Shown here piece by piece: positions 53,944-63,723 of a stretch of DNA of 63,723 nt (position 1 is its first letter; each line of letters starts with the position of its first letter). Under the pieces are notes generated by a model. It ran no database searches, was not told where the DNA came from, and saw only the letters and a program-made list of their open reading frames with translations. Source of the stretch: Octopus bimaculoides (Eukaryota); the NCBI RefSeq assembly GCF_001194135.2, contig NC_069003.1, forward strand, positions 19,454,759 through 19,518,481, in the 5' to 3' direction. The position numbers and the translations under genes were made by a program.

Positions 53944-54159
53944 TTTTTTCTGCTATGGGCAGTTAGTGTGAAGTGTGTGCATATAGGAAAAATATTTGAT
54001 GATGTAAAAGAAGAGGCAGAAATTAGGAATGTCAATGTAACAATAAAAAGTATGAAGTGAACAAGAAATTAACCTGACAATTGAGAGGCATCATGTATAC
54101 AGACTCCCTTTCTGGGTGTGTATAAAAATATTTTAGTGACATCAGATATAGAATAATAT

Positions 54160-55120
54160 TGGTTTCAAATTTTGGCATAAGGCCAACAATCTTCGAGGAG
54201 GGGGTAAATCGATCATATTGACCCTAGCGCTCAACTGGTACTTATTCTATTTACTTCAAAAGGATGAACAACAAAGCAGACTAGAGTTTGAACTCAGAAT
54301 GTAGAGACACGAAATGCTGTTCAGCACTATATCTAGTGTGCTAAAGATTCTGTCAGTTTGCTGCCTTAATAATAATAATAATTCTTTCTACAATAGGCAC
54401 AAAACCTGAAATTTTGTGGAGAAGATGCTAGTTGATTATATTGACCCCAAAAGGATGCAAGTAAAGTTGACTTTGGCAAAATTTGAACCCAGAACATAAA
54501 GGCAGACGAAATGCCACTAAGCATTTCATCTGATGCAGTAACAATTCTGCCAGCTTACTGCCTTAATAATCCTTTTTACAACAGGCACAATACCAAAAAT
54601 TTTGGGGAAGAAGGCAATAATGATAATAATAGTAATGATTTAAAATTTTGGTACAGGGCCAGTTGTTTCTGAGGGGAGGGGGAAGTTGATTACATTGAAG
54701 CCCCAGTACTTGACTGGTACTTATTTTATCAATTCTGAAAGGATGAAAGGCAAATTTGTAGAATTGGAGCTCAGAACGTAGACAGACAAAATTCTTAACA
54801 GCTTTTTGTCTAGCATGTTAATAGTCCTGCCAGCTTACCATCTTAATAATAGTCCTTTCAACTATAGGCACAAGTCCTGAAATTTTGGGGAAGAGGGCTA
54901 GTCGATTACATTGACCTCAGTGTTTCACTAATAATCTTCTCCACTATAGGTACAAGGCCTGATTTTTCAGTGGGGAGGAAGCTAGTTGATTACACTGATC
55001 CTGAAAGGATGAAAGGAAAAATTGACATTGGCAAAATTTGAACTCAGAACGTAAAGACAGATGAAACACTGATAAGCATTTTGTCTGGCATGCAAACAAT
55101 TCTGCAAGCTCACAGTGTTA
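54160..55120 (-). repeat. Head-to-tail array of about 6 full or partial SINE family C copies
   Basis: Repeated 100-200-bp units (aaattttgg...gattacattgacc...aaaggatgaaaggcaaag...tttgaactcagaac...gattctgccagc...gcc) separated by taataat runs, all in the same orientation. Confidence 0.85.
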
Positions 55121-56912
55121 ATAATAATAGTGATAATTCATAGGTGTTGTTTCCTGAGTTAAAACTTAATTAATCGATCCATTTATCTACAAATTTACTC
55201 TCATTCTTACACACATATAGACACATACATAGATTTTACAAACATGAAATAATAAAAAATACAAAGAAAGCTTCACACAAGTAATTAGGTTTAGAAAAAT
55301 ATATTTACATGTCTACTCTCTCTCATATAAAATGTATTATTTAGGAAGCAAATCATGTATGTGAAAATTAGAAAATTTTGCTGGAATTGGAAAAACAAAT
55401 GGCAGTTTTAGATCAGACTGTGTGGAACCATGCAAACCATTTCAAAATCATGGCATTAGTTTAGAGAAATCTTTTAATTTTCTTTGGCTACCTACTTTAC
55501 AACCAATCTACCTATTTACCTACTTGCACATAAACCTTTCTTTTTATCTATCTGTTCATCTCTCTCTCTCAAAATGACTTCAAACAATATACCTATTTTT
55601 ACCTATATACCTATTTTGCACATAATCCTAACAGTATGTCAATGTAGATATGTCTGTCTATCTATCTATTTACATACCTGATTTATCTGTAATTATTACA
55701 ATCACAAAACACAGGGGGAAAATACAAACAAAAACTGAACACAAACATATATATAAAACAACAACAAAAACTTGCAGCTTCATTTTAATCTCCAGAACAT
55801 TTGCTTGGCAGCAAAAATAATTGTATGTGTCTCTAATTTCATTTAACACGCATGTCTTTGCATGACAGTGAAATACGTGCTGTTAAGTTAAACAACAATG
55901 TATTTTGCAAATTGCTTTGGTGAGAAAAAAAAAAAAAAGAGAAATTACAATGTTTCAAACTACATATCTCAATTAATCTGAAAGCTTTGTCCCAGTATTG
56001 ATTTCAAGGTGTGTTATGTTGTATCTGCTGTTATGTATCAGTTGTTTTCAATTCACATTAACACAAACAACAGGTGGAACAACGTAGCTTTTCTATCATT
56101 TTCTGCTGTCAATACCCATGAAACGCCGATTCTTCATGTTGATATTTAACCAATACATTTTAAATTTAGACAACTAAAACTTAAAAGACTCCCAATAGAT
56201 TTTATTCTCAAATATAATTTCATAATTTAAAGCACACACTACACTCATGTATAGACACAACACACATCTTTTATCACTTTTTTAAAATCTTTTACTTGTT
56301 TCAGTCATTAGACTGTGGCCATGCTAGGGCACTCTCTTGAAGAGTTTTTAGTTGAATGAATCAATCCCACTACTTCTTTTTTTAAAACCCGGTACTTATT
56401 CAATCAGTCTCTCTTGCTGAACTGGTAAGTTATGGGAACATTACCAAACCAACACCGATTGTCAAGCAGTGGTGGAGGAACAAACACACACAAACATATA
56501 TATGATAGGCTTTTTTCAATTTCCATCTACTAAACCCACTTTGGTCAACACAAGGCCATAATAGAAGGCACTTACCCAAAGTGCTACTCAGTGGGACTGA
56601 CCCTAGAGCCAAGTGGCTGAGAAGCAAGCTTCTTACCACACAGCCATGCCTGCACCTATTGTCACTCTTATGTCTGTTATTCCATGCTTTCACAGCTTGG
56701 AAGCATCTTCTCTAATCCACCATCCTGCAACTTCTCACATTCGTTTGTCATCTCTTTTGTGAAATTCAGTATCCTGAGATCAAATTGCACCATTCCCAGT
56801 GAATCCAATACCTGGTTTCACGCTCCACTACCAAGTACCTTAGGTGCTTTTAGCTGTGTCAACTCTGTTGCAAATATTCAGACCAGGTTTCTAGTTTGAT
56901 AGAAAACCTTTA

Positions 56913-57138
56913 TTAACCCTTTAACATTCAGATCACTCAAATGCAATGCTAATTTCATCACATTGTTTTGAATTAAACAGGCATCATCTCATAACTTTGA
57001 GATTTCAATGATGTGATTGTTTTATTTTAAAAATGACTTTGGAGGGTAGGTGTGAGAAACTAGATCTGACCCATTTGAACATAAGACACGGTAGAATATT
57101 TGGGTAGGATGGGACCAATTTAGATGCTAAAGGATTAA
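56913..57138 (-). mobile_element. piggyBac-type MITE, same family as 22101, opposite orientation
   Basis: ttaa|ccctttaacattc ... gatgctaaagga|ttaa; the interior is the reverse complement of the 22101 copy. Confidence 0.7.
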
Positions 57139-58011
57139 ATTAGTTATAAGGGTATTGTAGATGTTGATGGGCACTGCTGTTTCCCTCCTAATTAAATGGT
57201 AAAAAAGGGAAGTAAAGAATAATGAACACATGCATCTTCTATGGTCAAGTAGAACCTAAGTTTGTTAAAATGTTTATTAATATAGGGAGTATTAATAAAT
57301 ATAACTAGAAATAAAAACATAGTGAAGAAAAAACCAAAAGCTAAAGCAAATCTGTATTACTAATATTATGTAAATTACTTTAGCAGGTGTGGGGAACAAC
57401 TCTACATGTTTTGATATTATTACAATCTCATCAATGAAGCATAGACTTCACTATTTTACTTTTGCACTATGGATTTTGTAGACTCTTAAAAATTGGTGAG
57501 ATGGAAGCCTTTTGAATTGTTGTGAGTCAATACTTGCAGGGAGAAAGACACAGTTTGTAAAAAGGTCTTAATGATATGTGTAAAATTTGATGTCATCTCA
57601 TACAAGTATGGAATATGGGTATAAGTCTTTGACTTGTCTTTTCATGCAGTAATGGCAATATAATATATTAGTTGCAAATTTTGGTACAAGGTCATCAATT
57701 TCTGGGGAGGGATAAGCTGATTACAGTGATCTCAGAGTGCAACTGGTACTTATTTTATTGACCCCAAAGGGATGAAAGGCAGTCGACCTCACTGGAATTT
57801 GAACACAGAATGTAAAGTCAGATGAAATGCTGTTCAGCCTTTGCCTTGTGTGGTAATGATACTGCTTTGTGTATATGTGTGTGTATGTTGTATATGTATA
57901 GTGTGTGTATTGTGCATGTATGTGAGTATATGGTAAAAGTTCTTGCAATGTATGTGAAAGAGGGACAGATAGAGTTTTTTGAGAAGCACTAAAGAATGTA
58001 AGTGTACTTAC

Positions 58012-58091
58012 CACAACTTCAAAATCATTGCCAACAATTGGTTCCCAGGTTGCTTTAATTGCTGCCTCCACTCCAGGCAACAAATCACCAC
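58012..58091 (-). CDS. MPDZ: Coding exon (80 nt, phase 1 in / phase 0 out) of a multiple-PDZ-domain protein (MPDZ/PATJ family): (x)GDLLPGVEAAIKATWEPIVGNDFEVV
   Basis: Minus strand reads ttgtttgttgtttgtttag|GT GGT GAT...GAA GTT GTG|gtaagt. It splices in frame to the exon at 44680 (EVV|VAQLSK). It resembles the recalled vertebrate MUPP1 segment KWQRIMGINYEIV|VAHVSKF. MPDZ versus PATJ orthology cannot be resolved from this window. Confidence 0.88.
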
Positions 58092-58158
58092 CTAAACAAA
58101 CAACAAACAAGTTTAATAATAAGGACTACCATGAAACATATGAAAATGCAGAACAATT

Positions 58159-58363
58159 TTAACCCTTTTGTTACCATATTTATGTTGACATATACTGTTT
58201 TTGTTTGAATTGAGTTTGAAAACAATGAAGAAGTCATTAAACCAAGCTGGAGTTCAGAAAATGAATTAACATAAGATATTGATGGAAGGTTTTAATTTAG
58301 TTCACTTTAAAAGAAGGAATTTGTATCATAGAACTAAGAGGAGTTTAGTACCAAAGGGATTAA
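58159..58363. mobile_element. Second TTAA-type MITE family, ~65 nt from the acceptor of the 58012-58091 exon
   Basis: ttaa|cccttttgttacca ... tagtaccaaaggg|attaa. Confidence 0.55.
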
Positions 58364-59475
58364 TAAGTAAAGGCGACCACACACACACACAAACACAAAT
58401 TTTCAAAAGACCAAATGAAGAATTTCAATAAGCAAGGGTTAGAAATGCAAAATATATTCACTTCTCAAATAATCAAACTGTTCTCCTTTCTGAAGTCATC
58501 TTAAATATTTCTGAATAAAGAGATATTGCCAATTCCTTGTAAGAACAGATGAGCCAAGGTAGAGCCTAAGGTGGAAAATGGTGTTTTACGTAAAAATAAG
58601 TAAAAGAAAGGTACCAGGCCTTAGAATAATACTTTAATAGGTGCAGGTGTGGCTGTATGGCAAGAAGCTTGCTTCCTAACCATATGGTTCCAAGTTCAGT
58701 CCCATTGCGTGGCACCTTGGGCAAGTGTCTTCTACTACAGCCTCAGGCTGACCAAAGGCTTGTGAGTGGATTTGGTAAATGGAAACTGAAAGAAGCCTGT
58801 CATTTGTGTGTGTGTGTATGTGTGTGTGTGTGAGCGTATGTGTCTGTCTTGCACTTGAGAACCAATGTTGGTGTGTTTACATCCCAGTAACCGAGCTATT
58901 CAGCAAAAGAGATTGATAGAATAGGTACTAAACTTTAAAAAATTAAGTCCTGGAGTTGATTCGTTTGACCAAAACCCTTCAAGGTGGTGCCCCAGTATGG
59001 CCACAGTCAAATTATTGAAACAAGTAAAGGATAAAAGATAATAAGCCTTGTCCAACCTATGCCAGAAGGTATGACTGTGGTTAAGAAGTTCACCTCTCAA
59101 GTTATGCATTCAATCATATTATGCAGTGCCTTGGTCAAGTATCTTTTACTGTTACCCAGGGCCTGGTAACACGTTGAGAGAATTCAGTAGGGAGAAACTG
59201 TATGAAGCTTGTCATATACACAAGTCTCATTCAACCGATCCAAGCATGGAGCAAAAGAAAGAAAAAGGACACAAACATCAACCATCACCATTATCATACA
59301 TACAAGGATAATGTAAAACAAATATTCTGATGAAGACATTGCTAACATGTAAGAACTTAAACCAGAATGACTACAACAACATCGTGTTTCCTATGAAAAA
59401 GGAATCTGCTTTTGATATGATTACAAGTATTTATGTTTTACAAAATCTAACCAGTTACATCACACACACACATAA

Positions 59476-59509
<34 letters not shown>

Positions 59510-60984
59510 ATAGATACACATTTACATTGATTCTTGTAAACAGTTTTATATATGCACAAAAAGTGTTTTTATAGACACATACCTAAATACATGATGGTTA
59601 CATGCCTGTACACACATACATGCACATCTGTGTGTGTGTATACATATGGTTATGTATACACATACAAATAAATATATAAAACATGTATGTTTATTTCATA
59701 AAAGCACTTATAAATAGAAAAGTCTTTACCTAAAAAAATAATTACAAATACACACATAAAACACATTATAGATACAAACACACACAAATTGAACACACTG
59801 AAACACATTTGATGTGGATTACTAGAAAACTTAAAATATATTCAACCATCAAAATGGAACAAAATTTAAAAAAAAAGATTCAGAAAATAAAAGAAATCAT
59901 TAACATTAGAGAAAATATGGCAGGTAGGGGAGAAAAAAAAGTTGTGTGTGTGTGTGTGTGGAGTGGAATATAGTCTGGGAAGTTATGTGTCTTTGAAATG
60001 ATCAAAAGTATTTATCTGTTAAAATAAAAGTCCATTTTAGCTTGAACTATCATTAAATGGAAAGCTTTCATTGTAATCGTCTTCGGTCCCATCAATATTG
60101 CCGAAACAATAAGCATGTTNNNNNNNNNNNNNNNNNNNNNNNNNNNNNNNNNNNNNNNNNNNNNNNNNNNNNNNNNNNNNNNNNNNNNNNNNNNNNNNNN
60201 NNNNNNNNNNNNNNNNNNNNNNNNNNNNNNNNNNNNNNNNNNNNNNNNNNNNNNNNNNNNNNNNNNNNNNNNNNNNNNNNNNNNNNNNNNNNNNNNNNNN
60301 NNNNNNNNNNNNNNNNNNNNNNNNNNNNNNNNNNNNNNNNNNNNNNNNNNNNNNNNNNNNNNNNNNNNNNNNNNNNNNNNNNNNNNNNNNNNNNNNNNNN
60401 NNNNNNNNNNNNNNNNNNNNNNNNNNNNNNNNNNNNNNNNNNNNNNNNNNNNNNNNNNNNNNNNNNNNNNNNNNNNNNNNNNNNNNNNNNNNNNNNNNNN
60501 NNNNNNNNNNNNNNNNNNNNNNNNNNNNNNNNNNNNNNNNNNNNNNNNNNNNNNNNNNNNNNNNNNNNNNNNNNNNNNNNNNNNNNNNNNNNNNNNNNNN
60601 NNNNNNNNNNNNNNNNNNNNNNNNNNNNNNNNNNNNNNNNNNNNNNNNNNNNNNNNNNNNNNNNNNNNNNNNNNNNNNNNNNNNNNNNNNAGCCATTGCT
60701 ATTTAAAAGAGTAGAAGGAAAAGTTAGAAAGAATATTTGAATAAAATATTTTGAAAAAATCTTTAAATAATAATATAAAAATATTCCTTTGGAAAAACTA
60801 AATAATTTGAAGAAACTATTTTACCCAATCTCATGTAGAATTGATTATTAGAAAAACAAAAATATTTTTGTTCAACTGAAAAAAATAGTTCTTTTGATTT
60901 TCATTCAAACTTTTCTCATTTTGTATCTTTGCCTCCAGTTATCTATCGATGGCACAAACACTAGATCAAAATGTGCAAAAGTAC

Positions 60985-62010
60985 TGGTTTCAAATTTTGC
61001 TACAAGGCCAGCAATTTCAGAGAGGGGGCAAGTTGATTGCATCAACCTCAGTGCTCATCTAGTATTTATTTTATCGACCCTGGAAGAATGAAAGGTAAAG
61101 TCAACCCTGGCGGAATTTGAACTCAGAATGGATGAAATGCTGCTAAGCATGCTAACAATTCTGCTCGCTTGCTGCCTTAAAATGTGCAATAATATTAATA
61201 AATATTGTTTATGATTAAGAGCAGCTGATATCATCAAACCCAATACTTGACCAGTACTTTATTTTATTGACCCTTGAAAAAGGATGAAAGCCAAAGCTGA
61301 CCTTGGTGGGACTTGAACTTAGAATGTAAAGGGTCAGAAGAAATGCCACAAGGCATTTTGTTCAATGCTCTAATGATTCTGCAAGCTCACCACCTTTATT
61401 CAAGGTTTTTTTTTAGTGAGGCACAAGGCCAGCAATTTTGAGGGCAGGGATTAGTCAATACCATTGACCCAGTATTTAAATGGAGCTTTATTTTATCAAC
61501 AATGGAAGGATGAAAGGCAAAGCTGACCTCAGTGAGATTTCAACTCAGGATGTAAAGAGTCAAAACAAACACTTGCAAGGCATTTTTCTCTAACAGTCTA
61601 ATGATTCTGCCAAACCAGTATCCTGCAATTTGAAATCTAGGCACAAGGGAAGAATTTAAAAGAAGGGATTAGTCAATTACAAAGTCCCTAGTACTTGACT
61701 GGTACTTAATTTCATCAACCCTGGATGGGTGAAAGGTAAAGTTAATTCTGGTGGGATTTGAAATGAGGACATAAAGCAACAGAACAAATGCTGCAAGGCA
61801 TTGTTTTCTGATGCTCAAACCATTCTGCCGATCCACCACCGTTTTTTATGACAATAAGTGTTTCTAATTTAGGCAAAAAAAACCAGAAATTTGAAGTGGG
61901 GAATGTTAGTTGATTATAGTGACTTCAGTACTTGACTAGTATTTTATCAACTCTGGAGGGATGAAAGGCAAAGTTGACTCTGGTGGGACTTGAATTCAGA
62001 ATGTAAAAAG
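60985..62010 (-). repeat. Head-to-tail array of 5 SINE family C copies
   Basis: Five successive units at about 60985, 61225, 61415, 61630 and 61860, each with ggatgaaaggcaaag.tgac and gaactcagaatg. Smaller co-oriented clusters occur at about 6490-6860, 7430-7790 and 44760-45160. Confidence 0.85.
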
Positions 62011-63402
62011 ATGGAACAGAGATAATGGCGTACTTTGTTATATTGTGGTATTGAACCTGGTAGCATATGATTGTGAACTGAAATTCTTAAGTACACTGGC
62101 TGGGGACACACATGAGAGAATGTGTGTATGTCTTGACAGTTGATGTGATGAGATTAATTACATCATCTGGGTAATTTATTTGAACAATCAGATCAATGTG
62201 TGTGTGAGAGAGTGAGAGGGTGAGAAAGAGAGAGAATATAAATGTCTTCTCAGTCTCAAGAGCTTTTTAGGGTCTCTTATATGTCTAGTTGAAAAACAAC
62301 TGATCCTCCGACAAAAGTGTTGTTCTATCTCAGGTAATATTCAAAGAGGGATGGGTACCTATTCTACACAACCTGCCTAAATGAAATGCTACAAGAGAAA
62401 CCTTTAGCATGGTTTTTTGACCTGGTAAGATATAGCAGTCAAATCCCTCTTGAGCATTCCTTATTCTTATAATAAAACAAAGATAAATTGCAGTCCTATG
62501 CCACAAAAGTATACATATGACTGGATTGCTTTTGATCAGTGGTCTCCTTGGTAGGAACACATCTGAAGCTAAACAACACCATTTTGTGGGTTTGCTGGAT
62601 CCAAGTTGTTCAAATTATTTCAATTGTTTTGTTTGAGATGATGGAAGTTGGTATGTGTGATTGAGACATTTAGCACCAACTTCCAAAACCTTATAACTTG
62701 CTTGATCCTGATCCAATTCCATGTCACAGATTCATCTGTGACAATGGCAACTACAATAAGTTGCCAAGCAATCAGTTTGTTGAATGTCACTTTGCTTTTG
62801 AGCCCACTTAGTAGCACTGGAGTACAGAGTCAAAAATTAAGATTACAGACTTGACCCTGTTGCTCTGTAGCTACCAGTAGCCAAGTCGTTTGGCTCTTCT
62901 ACCATCTACAGATATTAGTATAGCTGTTACACTACATTAGGAATGTATTAATGGCATTAACAATGAATACAATACATCTATTGTGTTTTTTAACACCTTC
63001 AGCTCTGTAATTGTGGATTTCTTTGATCATACGAAGGATCGATTGATCACTCTCTTACTGCATCTGTATGTGGGGGAGGGGGGGGTATCAAGACATACAC
63101 CCATACACACAAATCTGGAACCTCCCAAATTGTTATTCATCCATAAATCATATTATTGTTTTTGTCCCATTTTTCAATAAACATCTGAAGATTGATGAGA
63201 AACTCAATTTAATGATTTGCAAAGTTCATTTTTTTCCTTTTTGTCACTTTGCAATAAATTATAAATCACACTTCTAATATCAAGTACTTTCTTCCTGTCA
63301 CTTGTTTACAGTCACATCTATCCATCCATCTGCTGATTTATCTAGATATCTACTAGCTATGTATGTATTTATTCATTTCTCCATAGCTACCTACATCTCT
63401 AT

Positions 63403-63723
63403 CTTCCCGGTTTTGTGAGTCGAGGAGCCGTAACGCTGCTGAAGAAAGATCCAAACAAGGGGGACGTCATAGATAACTTTAGGCCCATCACTCTGCTCAA
63501 TGCAGACTTGAAAATTTTGGCCAAGGTGTTAGCCAAGCGGTTGGCGCTTGTCATCGAGAAACTGATCGGCAAGGCGCAAACGTGCGCGGTGCCGGGCAGG
63601 AGCATCCATGACAACCTCCATCTGATGCGCTACATCATAGAGAGGGTAGTTAAGGAACCTGGCATGGGTGGGGCCCTGATCAATTTAGATCAATCGAAAG
63701 CTTTCGATAGGGTAGACCATCAA
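63403..63723 (+). mobile_element. Tx1/L1-clade non-LTR retrotransposon reverse transcriptase, 5'-truncated, uninterrupted to the window edge
   Basis: 107 open codons: LPGFVSRGAVTLLKKDPNKGDVIDNFRPITLLNADLKILAKVLAKRLALVIEKLIGKAQTCAVPGRSIHDNLHLMRYII...ALINLDQSKAFDRVDHQ. It has the RPITLLNxDxKI, QxxAVPGRSI and DQxKAFDRVxH motifs, with an abrupt rise in GC and CpG. Confidence 0.92.

Larger units (their letters stand above)
44681..58011 (-). other. 13,331-bp phase-0 GT-AG intron
   Basis: Defined by donor gtaagt at 58011 and acceptor cag at 44681; in-frame join EVV|VAQ. Confidence 0.85.

Noticed and set aside
2889-58720. tRNA-like sequences with A/B boxes
   Set aside because: They are SINE heads attached to SINE bodies, with no complete cloverleaf.
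54160-62010. Regularly spaced repeats resembling a CRISPR-like array
   Set aside because: The units are 100-200-bp diverged SINE copies also found singly elsewhere. There is no repeat-spacer structure and no cas genes, and the context is eukaryotic.

Overview
This is a eukaryotic, AT-rich, microsatellite- and SINE-dense window with eight N-gaps (about 3.5 kb). The repeat landscape looks like an octopus (coleoid cephalopod) draft scaffold; this is inferred from the repeat families. The whole window appears to lie inside one minus-strand gene encoding a multi-PDZ polarity scaffold (MPDZ/MUPP1-PATJ family). I can assemble three coding exons with canonical GT-AG sites and a continuous frame: 58012-58091, 44507-44680 and 14790-15173. 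They encode one complete PDZ domain, a linker and the start of the next PDZ, and are separated by 13.3 kb and 29.3 kb introns. The exon at 44507 is missing from the supplied ORF track. The rest is intronic. It contains fragments of Penelope-like, L2/CR1-group, RTE, HERO-like (RLE) and Tx1-like retrotransposons, mariner and DD37D (maT) transposases, several MITEs including TTAA/piggyBac-type ones, and at least four tRNA-derived SINE families. No prokaryotic system, CRISPR array, rRNA or real tRNA gene is supported, and I did not find a clearly new multi-gene system. The best leads are two candidate microexons inside the PDZ-splitting introns, two LxR/KxxSxxxL kinase motifs in the inter-PDZ linker, a Penelope fragment bracketed by ~315-bp inverted repeats, co-oriented SINE arrays, a young 5'-truncated Tx1 copy, and an unexplained 125-bp duplicated element. 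Repeat boundaries are approximate (about +/-20 bp) unless indexed in the evidence. Family names come from recalled protein motifs, not database searches.
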